From assembly GCA_021613535.1 (NCBI GenBank), contig CP075497.1, positions 13,640,001 through 13,704,000 of the forward strand: a DNA stretch of 64,000 bases. The letters are read 5' to 3'. Every line of letters begins with the position of its first letter. The stretch's first letter is position 1. Under the pieces are notes generated by a model. It had not been told where the DNA came from. It did no database searches and was given only the letters and a program-made list of their open reading frames with translations. Source of the stretch: Adineta vaga (lineage: Eukaryota; Animalia; Rotifera). This document shows, in pieces, positions 50,341 through 63,078 of this stretch. The translations under genes and the position numbers were made by a program.

Positions 50341-51067
50341 TCAATTTTCTCCTCGATCGATTTTAGTACATACCTGATCTAAAGCGTCGCCAATCATTTT
50401 ATTTGGAGGTCGTTCAGTTAGACGCGAGGTGACGTCTATCGACGATATCTCAAATCTGAATGGACTTTTTCGGTCAATCATGACGTTGGGTACTGTATAA
50501 AGCCAGATTTCATTCGATCTTGGAACATACGCCCAAGCCACATACCACTATTTCTTGTCGAGCCAGAATGATGTACGAAATGCCTCAATGAGCGAATTGA
50601 AATCGATGAATTTTCTGTCTATGTGCTGGTTGTTAAATGAAATGAAGAATTCAAATCGATCTATCTTCGACATTTGAGTGCAATTGAGTTGTTCCCAATA
50701 GGAGCGATGGAATACCGGCTCAAACAGGTCGAAGGTAGAAATTAGTTTCAGATGACAAAGTGAGTGTATGGGTAAAAGTAGTGATTTCAAATGTTTGTTT
50801 AGAAGCAAGTGAATAGCATTCAATAGTTACTGATTCCAACGAACTAGAGATTGTGGATGCAAACGACGTTATAGGTATTTTCTTTTCGTTTATCATGGAA
50901 TTTTGCATGACCAGCGTTCGTAATTTTGGTAACTGAGGGTGTGGGTGAGGGTGTGGGTGGGTGAGGGGTGAGTGTAAATCAAATAAGTTGAAAACAGATT
51001 GACCTATTTTATAATAATGAAAAAATAAATTCAATCTGCTGGATCTCAGCTTTTGCTTCTTCAGCAA
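50341..51067 (-). pseudogene. LRR/F-box-associated-like gene remnant of a type common in bdelloids
   Basis: Frameshifted ORFs with WEQL...FEFF...LIEAFRTSFWLDKK*WYVA and IWLYTVP motifs; family call is from recall only. Confidence 0.45.
50934..50967 (+). repeat. Interstitial telomere-like repeat (TGAGGG/TGTGGG)
   Basis: TGAGGG TGTGGG TGAGGG TGTGGG TGGG TGAGGG. Confidence 0.65.
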
Positions 51068-51150
51068 TTGATCTTTTATGTCGAATAAGATAAATTGAAT
51101 GTTGAGGAAATAGAATAGTGCTTATTTAAATTAATGTAGAGTTGAACTTT

Positions 51151-51204
51151 GCCGACGCGTTTCGTGTTCTTTTATTTAGAAAATAAATTAACACTCATCA
51201 GGGC
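51151..51204 (-). ncRNA. Penelope-type (type I) hammerhead ribozyme
   Basis: Minus strand reads GCC-CTGATGA-GTGTT(AT-rich loop)AACAC-GAAACGCG-TC-GGC: intact core, palindromic ACGCGT stem III, GUC cleavage site. Confidence 0.8.
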
Positions 51205-51449
51205 TCTACGCACTAAGCACAAAAAATAAACTAGAATAGAAGTAACAAAAATAACGAATAAACGGATAACAATATAAAGAATATAACGAAGAAACGAAAT
51301 TAGATTTTAAGGAAATAGAGAAGATCACAAAGCTTGAATAGAAATATAATATGTGAATAAGATGTATAAGAAGAAGAATTTATGGAACAAGTTAAATGAA
51401 ATAAAGATTGAATGTTATATAATATACTTTAGTTGATGAATATATATAA

Positions 51450-52232
51450 TTATCTTGAGCGGTACGGTGGTAATCCAGCTGCAGTAACAACACGTATAGG
51501 TAATGGTATGAAAGGAACAGAAGCTGGTTGAGGCAAAAGAATCGAAGCAGCTGCAGTTGATTGCTGGTTATACTTGACAAGAAGTTGACGTAGATTTGTT
51601 GTTGCTTCTGGAATGAAAACATCTGATTGAAGAAACTTTAAATATTTTGGTTTGGCTTCTTCAGATTTATTGTGTTTGAGAGAGAAAAAACTGATATTGA
51701 ACAGTTCAACTGGACTGGAAGATTTTCGCGTCGGCTGATGCCATTGCTGAAGTCTTTGTGTGCAGGATTCATACAGTTTGTTATTATCAAAGTCCAATAA
51801 TGTAAAACATAATGCAGCCACATGTTTGCATGCTGCGTAATCCCCACTTCCTGCTACACATTGACAAGATCCTTCTAATATATCAGAAGGTCGGTTGGTA
51901 TTTATGATTAGTTTTACCTAAAGCAAAAACTTCAATAAAAACAATATATATCTTAACGTACTCACTTCATAAGTGGTCGATTTTTTCATTTGTGCTCGAC
52001 ACTTAGCTAGTATTGTTCTTCTAACATATTCTCGAGCAACAGTGATGTTATGAATATAATGGTCTTTAAATAATAGATTTCCATTTTTCAGTGCTCCTCG
52101 ATTGAGAGATCCGTCTGAAGCGAGTACTGATGAAAAATATTCTGTTATTGAACCTAAGTCAATATTGAAAGGTCTTTTATAATCGATGATAGATACGAAA
52201 TCAAGTGATGATGATGAAGACGTCATATTCAC
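51450..52232 (-). mobile_element. SWIM zinc-finger ORF of an ISL2EU-like transposon (truncated)
   Basis: AKCRAQMKKSTTYEV|...SCQCVAGSGDYAACKHVAAL...SCTQRLQQWHQP; head-to-head with a THAP transposase; no YqaJ domain visible. Confidence 0.7.
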
Positions 52233-52280
52233 ATGTATAAAATGAGAAATGTAAAAGTGAGATAGTGATTAAATATAGAA

Positions 52281-52370
52281 TTTTTCTTTCATTTTATTCT
52301 TTTTCATTTTATTTCATTTTCATTTTATTTCATTTCATTCTATTCCATTTCGCTATTTCATTCTGTTCGC
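52281..52370. repeat. Degenerate (ATTTC/ATTTT)n tract
   Basis: Pentamer array between the two divergent transposon ORFs. Confidence 0.7.
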
Positions 52371-52587
52371 TTTCTTTCTTAACAAGATTACAAGATAAAA
52401 GAATGACACATGTTAAACACTAATTGATATATACAGGAGGGGTTGTTATTGATGTTAATTAGTATACTTTGTTAGATATTGATAGAGCTGCTCTAAGAAA
52501 TGAGATTGTGATATTCTTCTAATAAGCGAAATGAAAGTGTTCTTTTAAATGATATAATCGAAAGTTGAAGTTATTTTTCTTAACAAA

Positions 52588-53522
52588 ATGGTTAAAAAAT
52601 GTGTTGCTTGTCCTGAGAGAGAGACAAAATCAAATACATGTACTTTTCATCGATTTCCAGCTAATAAAAATTTACAAGAAACATGGTTAAAATTACTCAA
52701 TCGACTTGATCTGAAGGAGGTGTTACATCAAAGAGTGTGTAGCAATCATTTTGATTCATCTGCTTTTATTATATCGTCAAACAACAAAAGCTAATGTTAC
52801 TTCACAAAAAAGATTAAAAAGATTAAAGCATAATGCTTTACCTCTTAATATAGCAAATTCTGTTCCAACAACAACTGGTTTTATTTCTGTTCCAACACAA
52901 ACTGATTTGTGTTCTAATGATTTATCAGCATTATTTGATAAGATATCACTTTATGAGCAAACATTATTTAAAACTACTATATGTATTGAACGATTTCGAT
53001 ATGATGACGTCAACATTAGATATTACACAGGTTTTCGATCTTATGATGTTTTTTTGATGGTATATGAGTTATTACAGGTACTTTTATTATTATGCATTTA
53101 TAAGTTCTTATTCGAGAAATAGAATGTGTTAAAAGCTATATGTTAATTTTGGTAGTATATCGAAAAGATCTCTTTCATTAGTTGAACGAGGAAGAGATAA
53201 TATTTGATACGATGTGAATATTTCTTGGAATCTCGCTCATTTTATTTGTTTTTTTGTATTTTTATAGACTCAATATGAAGATCATTTTAAAAGTTATCTA
53301 TCTCATTCTGAACACACATCATCTAATGAAAGACAACCGCGAACATGCTTACTAACGAAAGAAAATGAGTTCTTTTTATTTATGATTCGCTTGCGTCGTG
53401 CTACAGACGAGCATGAATTGGTTAGTTGAATTAATTTAAGATCTTTCATAATCTTATATATTAATTTAGGGAATATTTTTTAACATATCTCAATCAACTG
53501 TCAGTCATATTATTATTGGTTA
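52588..53522 (+). mobile_element. THAP + HTH (Harbinger/ISL2EU-like) transposase, frameshifted and 3'-truncated
   Basis: C2CH THAP: CVAC...FHRFP...W...VCSNHF...LKHNALP; then YYTGF and LTKENEFFLFMIRLRR...ISQSTVS. DDE core is absent. Confidence 0.78.
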
Positions 53523-53524
53523 GG

Positions 53525-53781
53525 AGAGAGACGATAGCGAGAGATAGATAAAAGAAGAGAGACGATAGCGAGAGATAGATAAAAGAAGAGAGACGATAGC
53601 GAGAGATAGATGAAAGAAGAGAGACCGCTATGAAAAAGATATATACAAGATGGCCACGCTTTATATACATGAGCGTGGCCAACACNNNNNNNNNNNNNNN
53701 NNNNNNNNAAAGAAGAGAGACCGCTATGAAAAAGATATATACAAGATGGCCACGCTTTATATACAGGAGCGTGGCCAACAC
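53525..53781. repeat. 31-bp tandem repeat (x3) plus a duplicated 73-bp hairpin unit flanking an assembly gap
   Basis: Unit gagagacgatagcgagagatagataaaagaa; hairpin tggccacgct-N11-agcgtggcca on both sides of the N run at 53686-53708. Confidence 0.8.
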
Positions 53782-53784
53782 ACT

Positions 53785-54300
53785 TTAGTGAATAAGGCTC
53801 ATTGTTTCAATTTTTAAACCACTAACTTGTTTTAATTTTAATTTATCTAACATTTTCTTTAATGCTAAGACTCCTTTAACTTGTGGTTTCATTGTATATA
53901 GATCAATGACATCAATGGTTCATAAATTCGTATCGTGACGTAAATTTATTGAAGACCATTGTTGTAAATGTTTGATTAATTTGAAACCACATGTAATAGT
54001 TGTTATAGAAGTCATTTTATTAAATAAAGATCTTAAAAGATCATCGAGATATTTAGAAATTTTTATTGTTGGATGCTTTAAACCAGATATAATTGGACGT
54101 AATGAAGTTCCAGCTTTATGTGCCTTTAATAAATAATAAAGATGAGCTAATTCAATCTCATCAGTTTGTTTAAGGCATAATTGTTCATATTGTTTTTGTG
54201 TAATCCATATAATAAGACGTAAATCAAGTAAATATTTATTGGTACGTTGGATTAATTCAGATAATGGATTATTTGGACCAAGACATTGATAAGCTTATTG
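53785..54300 (-). mobile_element. Penelope-like (Athena-type) reverse transcriptase fragment
   Basis: ELAHLYYLLKAHKAGTSLRPIISGLKHPTIKISKYLDDLLR...L*TIDVIDLYTMKPQ..GVLALKKML..GLKIET: RT N-terminal motifs and motif A, with an internal stop. Confidence 0.85.
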
Positions 54301-54771
54301 ATTATCCTCACTTTGGTTGACTTATTTTATATTTAGTTAAGTAAACTTATATATTGCCCCGTTACTTATTCTATTATTATATAATCAAGCTTTCGTTAAA
54401 ATTTTGTTGTTTATTATTTTCCGTTTGGTTTCTTTATTTTCAAATAAATACACAGAACGCGTCGGCAAAGCAAAATCTGCATTTATTATTAATTACAAAA
54501 CTATTAAATAGAATTATCTTGTTATTTGGTATTAAAGATTGATTGCTGAAAAGCAAGAGTTGAAATCCAACAGATTAATTTGCATTTTACACATATAAGT
54601 TAATCTGTTTCATATTACCTCACCCTCGACGTCAAAGTTGTCTTTTATCGTATATTCAAAGATTCAGTTCGAGCAGCAGTCATTGTCTTTGGAACGATCT
54701 AACTTTTCTTTGCTCTCATCCAAATTTTTTTCAGTGTTTAATCTTACTACTTGTTCCAATCTGACTGTTCG

Positions 54772-55434
54772 ATGGCAGAGTGGAAAGCGGAGGTAATGAT
54801 CACAGAAGAGAAAGGAGGATGATTTGTCGTCAATGAACATGTGTCTGCAGGAGAAATTATCTTTACTTGCAAACCATTCGGGATAGTTCCATTCGTGTCA
54901 ACAAAAGATTTCATATGTGCAAATTGCATTCGCACTCCTAACGAGAGAACTTCTCCGGCTAAACTGATCGCGTGTCGACCGAAATGTCATTATACGTTTT
55001 ATTGTTCCGATGAATGTGAACAACAGGATTGAGAGAAAGTTCACAAGTACGAATGTTCGTTTCTTCACAAAATATTCGATGTTGGCTTCACTGATTATAC
55101 TCTTACCTATCCAAGACAAGTTATGCGTATGTTAACATCGCGATTTGATGAACTCATGACCGAATCTTGTGTTTCTATTTTTGAACATGTTTGGAAACTC
55201 TGTTTAAACTATGATAAATTGACAATGAAAACGACAAATGAATATGAAACAGTGGCCAAAATACTTACCAAATATGTTTTAACTCGACTCCTTCCTCATC
55301 GGACATGGAATGAAGGAATTTCACTCATATGGTTCAGTCCTTTCTACCCAATAGAGAAGATGTCGGAAACTTTCACTCAATGTTTCGAATTCATGGATGA
55401 ACACAATGACTTCTTCATGTTCGATTTCGCATGA
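54772..55434 (+). pseudogene. SMYD-like (N-SET + MYND zinc finger) pseudogene fragment
   Basis: EKG...GEIIFTCKPF..CANC...CRPKC...YCSDECEQQD*EKVHKYEC, with stops and frameshifts. Confidence 0.65.
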
Positions 55435-57278
55435 TATTTGTAAACAATTACTATTGAAGAGATCAACTTCTTCTTTCTTAGTACATTTGCAATGGATGGA
55501 TGGAATGAACCATGCTCGAAATACGCCGTGGCAATCTATTCACATGAAAAAATATTTATTTTAGCTTTTGTGTCGAGCGCTTTGGTTGCTATTGCGCACC
55601 ATATATATGTAGTTGTACATTACAACACCGGCTTTCATTTGTTATATAAATAATTGGTATAGCATGTAAGATCGAACAGAGAGTAGATTTATTTAAAGAA
55701 AAATTATTGTGCAACTCCAGTCATCCGACGTAAGCATAAAAACTCTGCCTCTGTATCTCGTACCAACATTGCATCCTAGAACAAACAACATTATTTGATA
55801 GAGGATTCAATAAGCTTTCTTCTCCAGCAAAAATATGGAGCTTTCGAAAGTCTATCTCTAGAATTCGAGATATTTTTCCAATTATTTCTAATGCTGATGC
55901 AAAATCGGTGTTTTAAGCGATATCATAAAATTGATTGTTGTGACTCATATAGATTAGGCAGAAAACGTTTTTTCTGCGTAACAATAGTGCAGTGTCCTTA
56001 AATAAAAAAGGTTCCATAACATGAATAAAGTGATGAACTGGTCTCGTTACAGATAACTTTTTCTATGTGAAAAAATGTTGCGGATGAGTCTTTCAACGCG
56101 ACTTGTTCTAAGATTTGCGGAACCTTCAAGGAAATTTTTTAATTCAACTCTTTTATATATTTTTGTACTAGAGACTTGGCTCTTTCGAACAAAAAAAGAT
56201 CAAGTCTCTGCGACGTTCCCTCGCAACATAACACCAAAAACAAAATTAATGCAAAACTTTTGCCCCACCCGTTATACCAGAAGACGCAAAGTCAAGCCTT
56301 GGACAATCTATGTTCGTTACTGATTAAAGTTGCGAGTCTAAAAGACATTTCCGAATTCTTTTCCACCTTTTTTTAATCTTCTAAGAAAAATAACTGATTA
56401 ACAATGAAATGTTCAATGACATCAATATTCATTTCTCTATCTTCTCGACCAAAGTGTTGGAAATCAAGTAGGAACTAATGGTTTGTTCTCATTCACTTCC
56501 CGTTACGTTATTATCGGTGATCTTTAGACTACTAGCGCAATTTTTATATGACAGTAGTTCGGAAAACGATTACTTATCATTAAACTAGGACGGGACAATG
56601 CCCTCAACGTAAAGAAGTTCAATCGTAGTAGATACTGACATTTCTCTATCGTCTTAATTGAAGCACCTTGAAGATCAAATATCGTTGTGATTACTATTTG
56701 ACAGTTGTTTCTCTTTCTCTGTGTATTTTTTTCGAGCAAGAGGGGAGAAATGAATGTTAAATCAATCAATCATAATGAAAACATGCTCACACACTAGACT
56801 GAAGTCGAGCATTGAATTCTGACTAAGACTTCTACATTCATCTGCAGATAGAAAGAATTTCTTTTTCTAGAAATGCAATCGATGAATAGTATGTTGCTTT
56901 AAACAATGTCATCAGTCAATCGTATTTTATTGATTTAATTGCAACTTCAACAGATGGATTATGAAATGTAGATCGTGCTTATTCAGAAATGTGCATTGAC
57001 GGACACATGTTGTATCATCTGAGATTTTTTTCAACTTTGACTCAATCGTCAGATGTCATTTTCTGGGGTTACTCTATCTAGTGGAAATCTTTAGCGCTAT
57101 GATACAATAAATAGATCATTAGTATCGTTTAACATCATCAATTTCAACATTCAATAAAATTATTCTTAATTCATTTCTTCTTCCTTTAATTATTGATCGA
57201 ATGAGCAGAAATTAAATCGATGTCTTAAAATTTTTCTTAAGTATATTTACATTGTTAATATCATCAGCTGTGAGTAAT

Positions 57279-57783
57279 ACCAGACATGGGCAAGTCAAGT
57301 CACAAGTCACTTGACTTGACTTGACTTGGAATATTTTTGAAGAGAAAATAACTTGACTTGGCCCGATTTGATTCAAGTCAAAAAATGACTTGACGTGACT
57401 CGATTTTTTATATCTAATCAAGTCACAAGTCAAGTCTAAAACTGTATAAATATATCCAAGTGTTTTATGCAGTTTAGTATTAATTTTAGGCTAAAAAGTA
57501 TCAAAAAATTTAAATTAAGAACCATAGAAGAACTTATGCAGTGAATTGGCGCCAAATATGGGAAGTCAACTCGATTTTTGACTTGACTCAAACCAAGTCA
57601 AGTCCATTTTCGACTTGATTTCAAGTTAAATCAGGTCAAGTCAAGTTATTTGTAACTCGACTTGAGCTATGACTTGGACTTGAAGATTTTTATATGTGAC
57701 TCGACTTGACTTGACTTGAAATTTTTAGACAATGTCTTTGACTTGACTTGGATCAAAAAGCTGATGACTTGCCCATGTCTGGT
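57279..57783. mobile_element. MITE with (CAAGT/ACTTG)n subterminal arrays
   Basis: TIR accagacatgggcaagtca / tgacttgcccatgtctggt; flanking direct repeat gagtaat (7-9 bp depending on where the ends are placed). Confidence 0.85.
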
Positions 57784-59097
57784 GAGTAATCATAAACAAT
57801 CTTTACACTAACATAAGTGATTATGATGAGATACTTTTTGTACAAGAAGATTTAACCTTATGGTTTTATGCTCTATCAGAACAGTTCTTTTCCTTCTATT
57901 TATTGGAATCATAGTCTTATTAGAATTTTAGATGATAATGATGAACTTCTTGTACTTACTAAAGCGGGTATTTATCTTCCAGCACATGCATTTCATTTGA
58001 TAACTTATACAAAAAAGTCCAACAACATCTCTATCAGTTCTCTACACAAGTGATCAATGTCTATTAACTCGACGAATGTGATTGCTGATTTATACTCAGA
58101 AACTTTAGGTTTAAAATGATGTCAACAGTCTTATATGTATATTCTTAATATTTAGGTATTTTTTCTATTCTATTTTCTAGTTAAAAGATATATACAAATG
58201 ATCATAATCGTATTTCAGCTACGCTGATTATAATAGATTTACTGATCAAATAGCATATGCACTTCTTGATGAACAAAATTTATTATTCAATGATCATCTT
58301 CAATCACAATGGTGTTCACAATATGTATCTCATTGTAAATATATTCATTTTCAAACTATAGTCAGTGTTCAGGGTGAAATATCTCTCTCCATCTTTACCT
58401 TCACCCTCACTCTCGATAAAACACTTCCATGTAGAAAGTATTTATTAATGCAAGAGAAATATCAGTTAACTGACGTTTTCTTTCATTCTTTAGATACCAT
58501 TTCGGTTTGTATGCGATTCTTCATTCTATTAATAGTGTTTCATTGCCTATATTTAATCATCTGTTGAAATTTCTCAGATTTAATCAATAATAAGTGCTGT
58601 TTTCTCTTTCCTTAGTCAAAGAATTGATTATTTATTGAAGGTTAAGACGATTAGAATTTATTGTCATCCTTCAATTTCATCTTCAGAGTATGAATGTCAG
58701 TGAAAATGCGATTGTAAGTGAAATGAAATTTGACAACACTCATTCTTCTTTATCTATGTGTCATGTTCTCTATGGGCAGAATCATAGTAATACTCTGATC
58801 ACACTCCAGCCATACCTACATCCTCTTCTTCATGTCCACCCACCACACCCTCTTCATTTCCTTCTCATCTTCATCCACGGATGACCCGACCATTGCCTCC
58901 TGCAACAAGCAGACTTTCTGTCACACCCTCAAGATTAGCAATCAATCTTTTATGTTTATTCTATCTGTTATTTATTCTTAAAGAATTATAATGGATGTAA
59001 AAATAAACACAAAATGTATTTTGAATATTTGTAAGAGCCTTTTGCTTTCGTTGAAGATACCGCAGGTTGCATCTTCGGCTCAAATGAAAGGAATATA

Positions 59098-60281
59098 CTA
59101 ATCACTCCACGCCGCCTATTCACAAAACTCAAGGTTTGACAAACTAATCCGTAACAAGAAAGCAGTAAACTTATTGGTCCTGGTTGTATATATCTGGTTG
59201 GCTTGGGATATAGGCATAGGGATCGAAGATGATGCCAGGTTCCTACGAGGAAAACAATCAAAGTCAGCGAAGAGGAAGAAATACATATATCTTTTTTTTA
59301 CTAGTTTAAAGATCGAGAAAAATATTCGGTGGTCTTTTCAATTCGACACTTCTCTACAATGTTCGCATGGAAATGTGTACTTGCATTGCCAGTATACACT
59401 CCAGGGATCGAAACTAAAAGTTATGGATTACCATTTCCACCATTTTTCACATCTAGTTGTGCGCAAGCGATGTAAAACTGAGCGCCACTATAGTAATATG
59501 CATCGTGGAGAGCTATACGTTCGACTCATAGAAGATATCTAAAGCGAATGATTTCGGATGATTTTATGCAGTCAGCAATACATACTGTCCAGTTGGAGTG
59601 TTCTTCGGTATAGTAAAGGTGATACTGTATAACACTTTGGACAACAAGATGATTAGGAGATGAATGCGTTAGAACGACTTACTGTCAGCAGGAAATGTTG
59701 GATAGTTATTTCCAGCTGGATCAGCATGAGCAGTGATCTCAAAAATCTTGAACCAGACATTGCCAGAGCCATCAAAGTCAGTGACTTTGCCTGGTGCCTT
59801 CGCCATATAGACGCTGATAACCTGTTGCGAATACTAGCATTATAGCAACTGAACCATCTCACTTCCGAAACAAGATGATTTACCCCGAGGTGGTAGAGAA
59901 CATTATTAGTATGAAAGGTGATTTCCTTGTCGGTATCAGTAGAGTAGACGTTTGGAGCAGATCCACCAGCACTGTTGAAGCATCTGAAGTTGAAATCATG
60001 CACATTCTTGATCTAAAGAAGCATTGATTCAGCTAGGTTGTGTCCATAGACGTGAATATCTATACGGACAGGATTACGCGTCTCGTAATTGTCAGTTCTC
60101 CGAACAACATACTAGGCAGGTGTCTGATCCACAGAAGACCAACAATCTAATTAGTCAAAAGAACGAAATGCATAGTGATCTGGTCATCGAATTAGTATTC
60201 TTCTTGGAACTTACAATGGGCGCAAACACCAGAGAACCATACAATCGTGATTAAAATCGACAGCAACTTACTAAATAACAT
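59098..60281 (-). pseudogene. Fungal-type AA9 (GH61) lytic polysaccharide monooxygenase pseudogene, multi-intron
   Basis: Spliced manually: signal peptide MLFSKLLSILITIVWFSGVCA then His1; VRRTDNYETRNP; DFNFRC; LYHLG|VISVYMAKAPGKVTDFDGSGNVWFKIFE; FTIPKNTPTGQ|YLL*VERIALHDA...GAQFYIACAQLDV..GG.GNP*LLVSIPGVYTGN|EPGI...YIQPGP..W. Stops at 59526-59528 and 59421-59423. Confidence 0.88.
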
Positions 60282-60949
60282 CGTTGATTAATAATAGCAG
60301 TATGGGCGGTAAGCGAATAAATCGAAAATAAATGAGAGCAACGGGACATGGTACACCTGATATTTGTTCTCATTATTTTGTGCTTTTATATGGAATAAAT
60401 GGTAGAACAATAGAGTATGGAAAGGCAAAACAGTATGAGAATGTGCGTAAGATAAAAGTCAAATCGGATGTGCATGTGGAAACGAAAGCATCAACAAGAT
60501 AAGTCTCACTATTAATCAATCCTAGTAATGTGAACTAACAAAATCTGACATTCATATTACGATGAACATTTCCAGAAATAAAAACAATTGACAAGCTCTG
60601 TTTGCAACTGTCCATGACTATTTGCCCAGATCTGATTTGAAATGAAAGGGAAATATCTCCCTCAGGGACGTTATCACTCCATGACAGAACACAATCAACA
60701 GAAATATGGCACTTCGACGATCACATTGAACATTCCTTAAAAGAAACTCATCGTATTATACAACCAGATTCAGATGCTTCTGCTATTCTACTACTCTATT
60801 TTGAAGCAAAAATGAGTCCACAGCTGATCACGCCACTACCCACGTGTTTTCTGCGAAACAAGCATAACTTTTCTACATCATTCCTATCTTTTCCCATCTA
60901 ATAACACTATAAAGCGATTCTCTTTTCCATCGCCTAACTAAAAGAGATT

Positions 60950-61440
60950 GTAACAAAATTCCGAGCTAGTATTGGTGGTTTGATATCATTTAATTGTTTT
61001 CTGTTGACAAGTCCTACACGAGATATTTCCGAAATATTTACAGATCAAGGCGTTTTCGTGTATTGTTTGAAATTCCAATTGATTCTTAAATTTCATCAAG
61101 TCCATTCACATCAATAATTAATGATTGTATTGAAGTTTTCTATGTCAATAACATCGAATCTGCGCTTAAACGTCCAAATGATTGTGATGAAGTCCTAATC
61201 TATTTTCAGAAAGCACTAGATATCGCACTCGGTCAATTTCCATTAGCACATCTACATACAGTTAATATCAACCAAAATACAAAGTCTCTTTTCTTTGATA
61301 AACGCGATTTCGACTTATCTGTTGATTATTCAAAGAAATTATTCGTTATACAAGAAATATCTTTGCCATCTGATCATTCTACAGTAGGTCAGTTATTTCA
61401 TAGTCGTACGTTTTCTCTACAAAATAAAGTGTAATGAAAT
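60950..61440 (+). pseudogene. Degraded TPR-repeat (possibly ART-TPR) gene fragment
   Basis: Fragments IGGLISFNCFL, YFQKALDI...HL, IQEISLPSDHSTVG in broken frames. Confidence 0.4.
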
Positions 61441-61806
61441 GAAACCCGATATGCATAGAAAAAACGTAGATTTCAACGATATTCGTCAGTTGTAAAATGA
61501 TATTGAAACTCGAAATACTACTGACTTTCTGCGAAATACAAAATGTTAGACATCGAATATTTTTTGGTCTCTTTCAATGAAATATTGGTTTCCAGTCTTC
61601 AGTTAATATCATATCATTTTCATTTCTAATTATTAAATTCCTAAGATTCGATGATCATTGACTATAGATTCAATGAGAATCTTAGAATAGGGTAGAAAGC
61701 ACGACTGAGAAAACTTTCTAAGAAGATATTATTTCAAATTTATTTGGCTTTAAACTGATGGATTTATTAGTTTAATGTTTATTTGTTCTGAAGTTCATTG
61801 GTATAA

Positions 61807-63078
61807 TCAGTAATATATGTGACCATCGTTGGCTTTTTTCACAGGATTTAGTCTTGATGGGTATGAACATAAAAGGTTTTCAAAAAGCTCTGTGTCTGTT
61901 TCCATGTTTTGCAAGACATCGATGATATGAATTTTCAATGTTTCTTCGCTATACCGATCATTTCCAGTCTCTGACAACATTCTTTTCTCAACTTCATCTT
62001 TCATGATTGTTCCAGTGTGTTCAGCTGCGTTCAAATCAGGTGAAATTCCGGACCAAATATTGTTACCCCAAAAATTGATATTGTTGTCTTGTAACAAGTG
62101 TTGAGTCACATTTGCTTTCATGTACGGTGCTTTATCATGAACAAATACGACTTCATTCACGTCAATCACATTTTTGCTATTTTTCAAGAACGAAAATATT
62201 GACCGGTTCAGGATTCGCCTTTGTCTTTCACTATCCCTTTCAGGGCAGGTGGTACAGCATAGGTACCACTAGTAGTGAATTGATCGAAAATCTTAGGTAT
62301 GTATTTTTTTAATTTGTGTTGGCATCCGATATCAAGCTAATTGTTGAGACGAGTAACGTGCGTATATGTGCTATCTACCTCGAAAAAGTTTAAATGATAG
62401 ATGAAAATTTGAAGTCCATTAATATGCACTAATTTCACACCGCATCATTCTATTCTGAAATCTCAATCCCGTCACGAAAGGGCTATGCAATGTAATTTTT
62501 TGGCGGTCAGTATGACAGAAACGCCAATGTATGCTTGATCCTTTTCAATATCTTCAACACAGCTGACCCCAACTCTACCGTTTTGATAATTCGGCTTGCG
62601 TACTGACCAAACGAAAAACTCATCAGCTGGTGCCAGATAGAAAAAATCCTCTTAAGTCCAGTCTTTTAACCAATTGCAAAGCCATAAACGATTGGAAATG
62701 TGAGTTTCTGTTTTCAGAGGCTTTTGTGTAACATAAAAAGGCTTTAGTCCTGCTCTGTGACGATAATTATCGGTCGTGCTTCGATGAACATACTCCTTCT
62801 GTTTCTTGGCTATTTTTTTGTTTGCCGCTCGCATTGAGAATGATGTTTTGGCTCTCTTGCGATAACTTAAGGTTACGACCACACGCTGAGTAGTCTGCAA
62901 AACATTCATCATAGGACTTTTCCAACCACTGAGAAACAAACCGTACTGAACGATGAACTTTTTCGGCAACCCATTGTCGGGTTATGGATGCAGCACTAGC
63001 ACCACGAGCCTCACGAAAAGCAATACATTTTACTCGGTCGATGGTTCTCTGTTCCTCGTTGTCATAAATTTCAGCCAT
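61807..63078 (-). mobile_element. Tc1/mariner DD37E-type transposase pseudogene
   Basis: HTH-like N-terminus, KPLKT..RL..W, LAPADEF, VHDKAP...SPDLNAAE (37-residue spacing); stops and frameshifts; paired TIR not found. Confidence 0.82.
62235..62482. mobile_element. piggyBac-like MITE inserted in the DD37E transposase
   Basis: Termini CCCTTTC...GAAAGGG; 4-bp TSD CTAT. Excision restores KLHCIVKDKGES. Confidence 0.7.

Noticed and set aside
53494-53781. 95-aa hydrophobic ORF
   Set aside because: It is a translation of tandem repeats across an N gap.
55500-58900. Short ORFs and possible exon fragments (for example 56075-56376, 57868-58053)
   Set aside because: No recognisable motifs; no product can be supported.
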